Shown here: in pieces, positions 14,401-26,400 of the stretch | Numbering within the stretch: the first letter of the stretch is position 1 | Layout of the letters: the number at the start of each line of letters is the position of its first letter | Origin: Gnetum montanum | Taxonomy: Eukaryota > Plantae > Gnetophyta | Length of the DNA: 64,000 nucleotides | Reading direction: 5' to 3' | Assembly (NCBI GenBank): GCA_015680685.1 | Contig: MNCI01000394.1 | Location: forward strand, 157,547 to 221,546 | Notes under the pieces: generated by a model | Seen by the model: the letters and a program-made list of their open reading frames with translations, nothing else | Databases searched by the model: none | Told to the model about the DNA's origin: nothing | Translations under genes and position numbers: made by a program

Positions 14401-17400
14401 AGGAACTTGTGTAGGTTGCCCCCAAGTGCCCCCCGGGGGGGGGGTGTTGGTGTGGTGGTGTGTGATAACGTTATAACTCAGTATTCTTAATTTGAGTTAC
14501 ACTTGAATCATTATTATATTTCTTTATAATTTTTCTAAAATATCCTGTTGGCCATACATCTTGGGTGTACTCATAGTCATTCTTTTAGGTTCCAACCCTC
14601 CTTCTCTCACGGTGCATTTTTCTTTCTTTATGCTTTTAAATGTCCTTTAATAATCTTGTATGCTATTGGGAAGTCTCTTTCTTTTATGATGGGTTTTGAT
14701 AGGCTAGTTAGAATAGCTTAGCCCTTCTTCTTGATTTTGCTTATGCACTCAACTACTATGCCAATGATAACTCACTTGGTTAAAACATGTTGCTTATGGT
14801 TGTGCTAGTCTTAGGTTTGATCTCAAGGTGTATGTTGTGACACCTTTTCATTTTGTTTAAGTATTAACAAAATGTTGTGTTGGTTGTATGATCTGAAGGT
14901 ACGTAATAGTCATAGTTTTAATTTTACAACTTCTCACTATGCTAATGATAGCATAGATTAATTGGTTTGCTTCTAATTTGTTTGTAATACACTATGCTAG
15001 TGATATGTGGCTTAGGTGGTTAGCTCATTGTTTTGTTAAGCAATAGGTTGCTATTTCAAATCACACTTGAGTCATCATTATATTCCTTATAATTTCTTTA
15101 ACATATCTTGTTGGCTACATAGCTTGAGGTGCATGTTGGTTGTGTGGGGGTTATTGGAACTAAAACTTTATACAACTCACACGATACTTTGGTAGGACTT
15201 AAGCAAAATATATTGGTATTTCCATATACCTTTTGGGTTTGGACCTGCCACCTATACAACCACAAGTAACATGTTCTGGGTGTACATATACTTAACTTTT
15301 TAGTGCCAACAACTGACTATAATATTAGGGTTTTCATTTTATCATGATAATCATTGAAAAATTCAATTTACAATTGAGATATTGTTACACTTTTATACAA
15401 CTCACACGGCACTTTGGTAGGACTTTAGCAAAACACAATAATGATATCTCCATATACCTTTTGGGTTTGGATCTGTCACTTATACAACCACAAGCAACAT
15501 GTTTTGGGGGTACATGTAGTTAAATTGTTAGTGTCAACAACTCACTATAACATTAGCGTTTTCATTTTATCATGATAATCATTGAAAGATTCAATTTATA
15601 ATTGAGACATTGTTACACTTTTGTTGAAATCATAGCGGCTCTTTTTTGAACATCTTAAATACATTCAACACATTGATATTGATTAATATGTCATGCTTCT
15701 GCACTTGTATTATGCAACATTTTATGATAAAAAAAGAGTGACAATTTATTATAACCACCCAATGAGAGTATAACTTAAGTGGTAAGTTTGTTGTTCTATA
15801 GGCAGTAGATTGTGAGTTCTACTTATGCTTGAGGTAGCACTATATTTGTTGTGATATAACCCAAGTTCTATGAAAGTATTGTGATAGTCATATATCTAGG
15901 GTTACACATAAGCCTAGTTTCAGTTATAACAAACTTCAACAATAATGATGAGGTGTTAGCCTAACAGTAAGACTCTTGATTTAGAAATGCCAAGTCATGG
16001 GTTCGATTCTGGTGGGCAATGTTAAGCTATAAAGTTTTGTTTGGATTATGTATCTTAGGTTGTACCTATGTTTCAATTAGGTCTGGGTTGCTTTTCTTAA
16101 GCCCATGGAGAAAACACTGTTAACAATGAGGTGTTAGCCTAGTGGTAAGACTCTTGATTTGGAAGCTCCAAGTTATGGTTTTAATTCTAGTGGGCAAAGT
16201 TGAGTTATTGACAACTAAAGGTTAAATAGTTAAGAATGTTCACTAGTTATTAATTTTCAACATTATTAATTATTACTTATTCAACCAACTATTCTTTATA
16301 GGTGTGATGTATGAGGTCCTACTCTAGCAAATAAACTTTGTTATATAGGGACATATCCTTTTAAAAAATTTCATGTTTGGGATGTTCCTAGGATGGAGAC
16401 CCGTTTTCAAATGTTTTTGGATGCAGGTAGGATGCCCGGTATGTTTTGGGCATCTAGAATGTACTGAAGGTACCAATGATAACTCTTTAATTTGTTCTAA
16501 CACACTTTCAAAAGGCAAACCTTATACCAATTCATGTTTGCTATGTGGTTGATGTAGGGTAGATGTGAGTCTGCATAGCATACATACATGGCCATATAGA
16601 GTGCTCCAGCAAGTGCATGTAGTGAAAAAATTCTAAGTATATTTGATAATAGGTATAGAATTTGTAAAAGAAAGGAATCGAACACTCAACCTTGCACTTA
16701 TTATTGCAAGTGTGTACCACTGTTCTACCCAAATTGGTTGACACATGAAATATATTTTATATTATTTAAACATGTATCTCTAGGTCCCACTAGGGACATA
16801 CATAAGCATGGTTAAGATGGTCATGGAATGTACATGGATGGGTCACATGAAGGGACTCATGAACAGAGGTTGATCGGTTTATGGTTTTTCCTTTCAAAAT
16901 GCTTTGCTGTCCAAATTGTAATGGAGATTTTTGAAATATCTCAAAAATAACAAATTTATCCATAATCTTGAATACTTGGAAAGCTGAATATCTTAAAGAA
17001 AACTATTCTTCCTCATGTCTCCTTTGTGTCCCCATGACATTTTCAGAAAACTTTTCCGTTCCCAAACACATTTAGGAACATGTCCCCACGTCCCAACATC
17101 CTCAAAACTTGTGAAACACTGCAAGTAAATATTGGAAATAGATAGAAGAAATTCAAAAGCTTTTCCTGCTTGATGAATTTAAAGTGAAGAGATAGATGTA
17201 ATATGATATTATGTTTCTAAAAGCAGAGATTATATCCTTAGTACTTGGAAGCTATTTGTCTGTTTATAGCATACACAAATTTTCTAAATCTTCATTGGAT
17301 AAATATTTCAAAAAACTAATGAAGGTAACCCAAGATTAAAGATGATTTTATGAGGGTGTTCTATGGCTTAATAAATGAAATATTCAAGAATACATTCTTT

Positions 17401-20400
17401 ATTCTGATCTTAAGCAAGTTCACACATTGGTGAAGTACCATTTAAAAAACTTTGGGAAAATGTAGAAATAAAGAACATTTCTATTTGAATAATATCAGGG
17501 GAGGCTATAATTCGAAGACAAATTATTTGTCTATTGCTATTCCTCATCATTTGCAATGCATAATTAGCAGAGCAAGGATGGAATTTTATTATCTAAGGCT
17601 TGAAAGAAGTAGGTTCACAATTGCTCGTAAAGAATGAATATGCTGATTGTGTAGTCCAAATAGAATTGAAGATGAATACTTCATTTTCTTCCAATGTCAT
17701 ACATTCGAGCATAATAGATGTAGATGTGATATTATAGTTGCAAATGTGTTTGTTTGTTATAAATGTTATCAAGAATAGTTGGTCATTTTTTTAATGATAT
17801 TTTCAAAACTCCTAAGATGCATATTTCTATCCAATAGATCTAGAGGCTTTATGGATGAAATAATGTTTCAGTTTTAGTTTCCTTAAAGTCACTTTGAACA
17901 TGACAGTTTTCATAAGGTAAGGTTGTCTTCTTGCTCATTACATTTTTATCATGGGAATTTTGGCTTTTGGATATTCTCTTAGTAATTTGAGACCAAAATA
18001 AAATCAAAGGACCATCATTGCCTTTCTTCATGCATTAGGTTATTACTTCTTTGGTCAATTGAATTCATTATTTTTTATAGCAATTTTGCTGTAAAGTCAT
18101 TTTGTTTAAGTGTAACCCAATTTTGCTTAAGATACAACCCAACTTTTTGATGCAATCGATTTCACTCATAGTTAAAAATACAAATTTTGTTAGAGGTGTT
18201 GTAGTGGCATGGTGGGCCCAGGATGGATGGTAGATAACAACGATCTTGGAGTTGGAGAAGGTTGAAAGTATGACTTTGACCTTATCACGAGTGGGCTGTG
18301 AGTCTTTATTAGTTGCGTTTCAGAGCATGAGTTGAGGTCCCTTGTGAAATTGATAAATCAACAGGTCATGAGTTGATTGCGAGGAGGGTGAGTCACAGTG
18401 AGAAGAAAATTTGGGTCTTGACCTAAGTGTGAGCTCACCATGTGATGGAATAAAAATAAGGTTCCTGAGCTCAGGTGCAAGTTGGGCACGAGATGGTCCA
18501 GTTGCAATGTCAGTGTGAGAGTCCATTGTGACCTTGGAGTTGATTAAATAGGGTCAGATCACCTCTTGGACAATAAAGATAGCACTTTTTGCACTTCATT
18601 CAAATAATAGTTGTACCTGTACATAATTCTTCAATTTCTCAGTATTATTGAAATCATCATCCTTATCCCCCTAAAGCATACTCTTATCCTTGACTAATCT
18701 ATGAAGTTTACCAATTTGATTACCTTATCCTTACCTATAAGGTCCTTTACATAAATCGCTAATTGACCTAGGAGTTGTTTCCTTAGTGGTAGAGCATCAC
18801 CAATTTGGTTATTTGACATAAGGGGCTGTCAAAATAAAAAGATAGCACCAAAGAAGGGTATGGAGGTTTTAGTTTTGATCATTGCTTAGCAAATGAACTT
18901 GGCTTCGGTTAAGAACTCGTCTAGGGAGAGGCCATGAGATGGAGAAACATAAACGGTTGGTTGCTTAGGATTATTAAAGGCAGATACATATGTTGTTGGT
19001 TGCTCAAGTTTTAGGGAGAGGAGGCGCAATCACTTGCTCCTATCTCATTTGATATGACTTTCATCATTATGGTACTGCAATAAATATCCTATTTGTGCCA
19101 ATACCTTATAGGTGATGGTTTCATTATTATCCTTTTTGAGGTCGAGGAGGAATGTGATTACCTGTTTTGAGGAGTTCTAGGGTTGATTGCTAATAAGAGA
19201 GTGGATGGGAGAAAAACTCTATGCTTCGTTCCCATATGAAATGTGGGTCAAAACAAAAGTCCATTGATTACAGTATGTTATTTTGATAGTACTTGGTTGT
19301 TCAAGTTTAAAAAATAATGATGAATGATGTTTGTTGATCTCAATCTCCATGACTTAAAGACTTTTTGATGACATCTTTTGATACTTTTCTTCAGTTTTTT
19401 CAATATTTTGGGTAGTCGTGGGACCATTACAACGGTTGAGATTTACATTCTAGCCGTTAGTTGAGGACATCTAGGTAGACTACTGGCCAGGCCAGGGAGA
19501 CCCCAGGAACTTCCTCAAAGATGGCTTGCTTTGGCTGAAATGGGCTATCCGGGCCCTGCCATTGGAGGACAAATTCTCATTCAGGATGGGTCACACGATG
19601 CTTTGGGATAAGCTAACTCAGATCTAGACTAGACAAGAGGTTGGGGAGGACCTACATGAAGAAGAGCAGAACATTCTGCAACAACTTTAGGGCCTTGACT
19701 TAGAGGAGGAGACATACTAGAAACAAAGATCACGGGTTAGATGGCTCTGGGAGGGCGATAGGCAAACGAACTTTTTCTTTGCCGTCGCCAAGACACGGGG
19801 ATGGAGCCAACCACATTGTTTGCACACCATGGAGAAGGGTGGGGGAGATAATTGATGAGCCATAGAGCATCGCTAGGGAGCTGACACAATATGGGTTGCG
19901 AATGTTGTTCCAAAAGCTGTTTGGAGAGGCAAAGACATTTCATACAGTCATTTAAGAATTTTTGGATGCGAGGCATTTATGCATATTTCAAAGTAGAACA
20001 GAACTAAGCTGCAGGACAGGGCTAAACGTTGCATATTTGTTGGATATGGAGAAGATGGTTTAGGATTCAGACTTTGGGATCTTGAATTGAAACATGTAGT
20101 GAGATCAAGGGACGTTAAATTCAGAGAAAACGTGATATTTAGTGAGCTGCAAACGAGAGGCAAAGACAACAATGGCTCAGATAGCGTAAGAACTCCTTTT
20201 AGGGTGATTGAAGAAGTTGAAAATGACAAAATTCATGGATTTTCTAGATTTGGAAACATTGGATAGCATGCTGAAATCACATGGTAGCAAGCTGAGAACT
20301 TAGGATAGCAAGGAGAAGATGGAGGACAAGAAGGAAATGAGGAAGAAGATGATTAACAACAAGCTGTAGATGTGTTTCATTGGGTTAGAAAGACAACAAG

Positions 20401-23400
20401 AGTTACCAGACCCCCTGACAGGTACTCTCCCTCATTGAATTGTGTACTTTACAATGATAGTAGTGAACTGGAAACAATGGAGGTGTACTTTACAATGATA
20501 GTAGTGAACTGGAAACAATGGAGGAAGCCATGACGTGTACTGATGTTGCAAAGTGGAAGGCAGCTATGAATGATGAATGGGAATCACTCCAACAAAACAA
20601 AACGTGTGAGCTAGTTCAGTTGCCAAAAGGGAGAAAACCCTTGGAGTGTAGGTGATTATATAGAATTAAAATAGAGGCCAATAGGGAAAAACGTTTCAAG
20701 GCCAGGTTGGTGGTGAAAGGCTATGCACAGAAACTAGGCATAGACATTCAAGAAAGTTTTTCTCCTGTGGTAAAACACTCTTCTATACATTTAGTGCTGT
20801 CTTTGGTGGCTTGCATGGACTTAGAATTGGAACAACTTGACATAAAAACAACATTCCTCCATGGAGATTTGGAGGAGGAAATATACATGAAACAGCTAGA
20901 AGGGTATGAAAAACAAGGTTCAGGTCTGGTTTGCAGACTGAAAAAGAGCTTATATGGTTTGAAACAAGCCCCTAGGCAGTGGTATAAAAGGTTTGTTACC
21001 TTCATGAAGAAGCTGAATTATTAGAGAAACAATTGGACCAGTGTGTGTATTTTTCTGGAGATGTTTTAGGTAAGTTTATAGTGTTGTTGTATGTTGATGA
21101 TATGTTAATTGTTGGAAATGACATGGCAGAAATAAAACATCTAAAACTGGAAATGGGCAAAGAATTTGCTATGAAGGATTTGGGACATGCAAAGAAAATT
21201 CTTGGAATGAATATTTACAGGGATAGAAAAAGGAAGAAGCTATGGTTGAGTCAAGAAGATTACATTGGAAAGGTTCTAAAATGTTTCAACATGGAGGATG
21301 CAAAACCTGTAAGTACACCTCTTTCAGCACAATTTAATTTATCAAAGGAGGGTTGTCCAAAGTCAAAAGAGGACTTTAAAAAGGTGAAAAACATCCCATA
21401 TACTTCTGTTGTTGGGTCATTGATGTATGCCATGCTTTGTACATGTCCTGATATTGCTTATGCTGTTGGAGTAGTTAGTAGATTTATGACCAACTATGGG
21501 TGGAATCATTGGCTGGCTGTTAAATGGATTCTAACATATTTAAAGGGTACAAAAACACATTGCTTGTGTTTTGGAGATGCTAATTTGCACATTGAAGGTT
21601 TTGTAAATGCAAACTTTGTTGCTGATCATGATACAAGATGTTCCACTACAGGGTACACATTTATTTTTGGTGGTGCAGTAGTGAGCTGGTTGTCACGGGT
21701 AACTTTATCTACAACCGAATCAGAATATGTAGCCCTCCCAAAAGCATGCAAGGAGATGTTATGGATGAAGAGATTCTTGCAATCTCTTGGATTAAAATAA
21801 CAAAGGTATGCTGTGTTTTGTGACAGTTTGAGTGCAATCTATCTTGCAAATAATTCTGCCTTTCATGCCAGGACGAAACATATAGATATCTGGTTCCACT
21901 TCATAAGAGAAATCATAGAGGATGGCTTGGTGCCTGTTCAAAAGGTCCATACAAAGCTTAATGTTGCTGATGCTTTAACAAAACCAGTGATAGCTGAAAA
22001 ACACATTTTTTGTAGGAAGAAGCTTGAGATAGCTGAAGCTTAATCAAAAGTGCACATCTCTTGAAGGCTGGTTGGATTTGTCTTCAAAGGGGAGTTTGTT
22101 GGAAAAATGAAGACAAATATATTAGTATTATTTGTTGTATTTCCTTTTATGTTTTTAATAGGATGTTGCATTTTAAATAATGATATGAAAAAAAGGGGTC
22201 AGTTTGTAAAGTGATGTTGATGTGGGGATGTGTTTCATTTGACGTGTTAGGATTGGGATTTGGTCCTAATGTTTCCTTATAAATAGAAGGCTTGGGGTAG
22301 CCTTTAAGTGTGTATTTTTGATGCGTAAGCATTGTATTGAGGTTTTCCCTTGGAGACGAGAGTCTGAGATCTGTTGGAGTAATAGATTGCGTGCTTGGGA
22401 AAGCTATAAGGATGGCTTGTGTCCTTAAGATTTGAGCAAAATAGAAGGCAGATCACCATTGTTGTGGTGGTAGGGTAAAAAGGGCCTGAACCACGTAAAT
22501 CTCTGTGTTCTTGTGCTATTTTCTTTCGCTGTTTTCATTCTGCTTTTACAATAAACGTTTGCCGGAGTTTACAGTGGTTTTTTCAGTGATTTACAGTGTT
22601 TCTTTGATCTGCTACAACACGATATTTTCTGCCTTTAATGTTTTATTCAGACTCACAGCATTCTAATAATTTCCCTAGAGCTTCTCTAGTGTATTTTGAG
22701 ATCTGATCTGCTAATTGTTTTATTGAAACTATCACTTTTGCTTATAACACTTACAACGTTTCTTCAGATCTTCAGAATCTTGTTCTTCAAGTGTTTTTTC
22801 TAAATCTTAAATTTCTCTGATACGTTGTTGCTGGTTACCAGTAAAATTTTCAATCTTATTACTGAGCTTTTATTTCAAAGCTCTCCTCAAATTAAACCAT
22901 TTGGATCTTATTTTCTTTGAAACTTCTGCCGTTTATTTTTTGAATCTTAATTTTCAAACGTTTCTTTAAAATCTCTGCTGAAGTGAAACCATTACGATAT
23001 TGTGTTTTTTTGAACTCCCATCTTGTTGGGCTGCTATTTCATTGCAGATTGCACTTTGTTTTTCTTTAACATGCAGTTTCAGTTGTTAAAATTGGGCAAT
23101 GTAGGCAGCAATGTGAATCGGGCTGCATGGGCAATGAAAATTGGGCAGTGTGAATAGCTGTAAATGTGGGTGAGGCAATGAGGTGGCAAGTCTAGGTCAT
23201 AGGAGATTCAACCCTAAATAAACAGCTCCCTATGACATCACCTGAAGCTCTAGGTTCTGCTTGTGATTTCTCTGCAGTCACTATGAGCCTGCGTTGAAGT
23301 GGCGATCTTTTACTATGACTTGGGGAAATGAATTTGGGTTTGTGGTTTTAGTGGTTTATGTCATCAATTTTATAGGAAACATCACATAAACATGGATTTG

Positions 23401-26400
23401 AGCCTTTGAGAGACAATTTTCACATGAACCATGACTACAGATCAATCCTCATGAGAAATGGCTTCCAAACATGTAAAAGAACATGAGAAACTTCAGAGCT
23501 TCCTGGAATTAAGCAAAGGATGCTTAAATTTTGCTCTAAATAATAAAGAGGAGTTTACAACATGAAAATTCAAAGATGGAGGGTTAAACCCTAGCTTGAA
23601 ACATGCAAAGAATATGCAAACTGAACATATCTAACATTGCAAACATAATGGAGATGCTTGGGGGAGTGAATCCCTTCAATTTGAATCCCTTTCCTTCACA
23701 ATTCCTTAAATGCTACACAATTCCTTGACTTCTTTGGTTCAAACTTCAATTGAACATGAGAGAATATGTAAACCATGAGAGAAACATGCAAGAAACTGAA
23801 ACTGAGAGAACTTCTATGAAAGAAACATGAAATTATGTGAGAATGTAAGAAATTTCATGAGAGATCATGAATGAGAGAATTTGTAAGAATGAATCATCGA
23901 AGGAATTCAGAAGGAAAAGGAGAACTTTTATTCAATCCACAATGCTCTTGACAAGTTACAATGGAGGGGTACACCCCGATTTATACTTTTTGCTTGAGGA
24001 ACTTGCATCATTTGGCATGGGTGTCAACATGAAAGCTTTTGGTCCTTTTAGCCTTTTTTCAACATTTTCTGTCAACCTAAGCTTCTCTTTAGTTTTTCTT
24101 CAAACAAAACAACAATTATATCTCCTAATTTTTCAAACAAAGACTACAAACATCAAAGTAAAAGACTGCCAACTACCACTACTTTACTCAACATGAAACA
24201 GAAATGATCATGGAGGAGTTAGAAGAGCACACATTCACGCTATCTCTAACAAATTTATCAGAGTTGCAAAAGCAAAGATTTAAGTCTAGATGGATAGAAA
24301 ATCGATTGTATCAAAAAGAAAAGTTGAATTGTATCAAAAACACAAGTGATATTGATTGAAAATGAAATTGTTTTACATTTGAGCAAAATTGCTTGGCAGT
24401 TGAGTGAAATTGGTTTTTACTTTAGCAAAATTGTTATAAAAAATAGCTAATTCAATTGACCAAAGGAGTAATGTCACTTTGTAGATGACAGGTTTTCTTA
24501 TTCCAGATGTTACCAAGAACACTTGGTAATTTTCTTAATAATGTTTTTAAAACTCATAGCATGTATATTTCTACTGTCCAATAGATCCAAAGGGTCTACC
24601 GATATAAAAAAATTTCAGTTTCCATTTCTTATTCAATTTTTTTTTTGCAAGGTGAATCAATTGATCCAACTTCAAATGCATAAGTTCTATGATCTGTAGA
24701 TACTTAATTTTCTTCTTTTATAGCTTCTTTGCATGTTGATAATAATAATAATCTTGAAAGAGTGTTTTTTTTCTGGAGAAAATTTGGGACTATATTAACA
24801 ATAAAAATATATACAATACAAAAAGAGACATCAGGGGGTAGACCCCCAGGGCACCTTACGGATCCAAAAAATTGGGGTGCCGGTCCACCCCAAACAAAAA
24901 CAGTTGACGTGCTCCACGTTCATGGAATAATCTTGAAAGAGTTGTTATGGCTTTCTTTCAGCGTAATAATGATAGACACAAGTTATGAGGATTAAAATTT
25001 CTGTTTCATTTTCATCAAGGGATATTATTATTTATTAAATGGATTGCAAGAGCTGTAGAAGATAAAAGAGTTAGAAAATCATAGTTATACACAAGATGAA
25101 ACTGGGAATAATTGCTTGTGTACCTTGATGGTTTACTGTAAATCTATGGGATAAAGAGAGTGATGAGGTAGACAACTGCATTAAATCATTCAACTGCTTG
25201 TTACGAATCAGGTTTAGTTTCTACGTGTTTATATCTTTTTTATTTTAAAGTATATTGTTGCTTGTCCTTGTTATTCTATGTGAAAAGATTAGAGCTTAAC
25301 GAGTGAATCTTGATGCTTTAATTCTAAGGTTAATGCTAATCGTGTTAAGCAGATATTGATGACTTGAAATTTATATGATACATTTATGTAATTTGATTTG
25401 TGAAGTTTTAATTTCACCTTGGTGTGATTATTCTAAATTATAATTTTAAGAGAAATTATATAGTTGTATTGTTTCATTAGTCTTGTCCATTTTGTGTTAT
25501 TACAGTCAGTTACCATTGGACAAAGTGCAACACCAGAGGCACACCACCGACAGCACGAGACAGTCATTCCTGCACAACATGGGATAACAAAATTGTTATT
25601 GTTGCTGGTGAAGATGCATCAGATTCCTACCTGTCTGATGTGCATATTCTTGACCCTGGTATATTTAGTTTCTAGTGATGAATTTTCATTCATAAACTCA
25701 TTAAATTGCATTTTTAGAAATTGATGGTAGAACAGATGGCAAGTAAAAAATTGGTGGATTGAATTTTGGATTAAGGTGAAAACCTAATTTTTTGACAGGC
25801 ACACTTGAATGGAAGGAGCTTAAGACATCTGGTCAGATATTAGAACCTCGAGCAGGGCATTCAGCAATATCACTTGGAAAGCATCTTTTTGTATTTGCTG
25901 GCTTCACAGATGCACGCAGTTTATATAATGATATTCATGTCTTGAACTTAGGTGAGTTGATATCAGAAATTTTTTTTGAAGTGTTATATTGCAGTGTTTT
26001 GTGGATATGGCCTCAAGCTTTCTTTCAAGTTTATCTGTGTGAAACTAAATAAGTTTCGTTCTTTATAGAATTAACTTGTCAGGAATACACTATTTCTGAT
26101 AAAAATGATTCATGATAGTTTTTGGAAATCAGTTTGAAGAATTACTATTTTGTGGTTTAAACGCTCAATATTGAGATCGATAGGATAGACGTTAGATAAT
26201 GTCGACATTTCCATACTAATCATTGAGATTCTGAATTCTGTTAACATTTTTTTTGTTATTGACCTCAACGTTTCCTAGATTACTTGGAATTTCAATGTTG
26301 ATTTCCTTCCCAAATTCGTTTTAGTTTTTTACAAATAAATTTTTTTTTCAAGAAATTGAATCAATGAAGTAGATTAGTTGCTTTTGGAAAACTGAATGTT

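Larger units (their letters stand above)
19900..22619 (+). mobile_element. 5'-truncated Ty1/Copia (Tnt1/Tork-like): integrase C-terminus, RT, RNase H, PPT and 3' LTR; pseudogenised
   Basis: SYSHLRIFGC..RCIFVGY (INT C-terminus); QLDIKTTFLHG, LYGLKQAPRQW, LLYVDDML (RT); TTESEY, FCDSLSAI, RTKHIDI, ADALTK (RNase H); PPT aaaggggag at 22086. Confidence 0.95.

Noticed and set aside
14418-14445. C-run/G-run palindrome-like tract
   Set aside because: Short low-complexity insert within a SINE-like copy; no further supporting structure.
10932-16220. tRNA-like A/B-box sequences as real tRNA genes
   Set aside because: Cloverleaf stems are decayed, and each head continues into a shared non-tRNA body, so these are SINEs.
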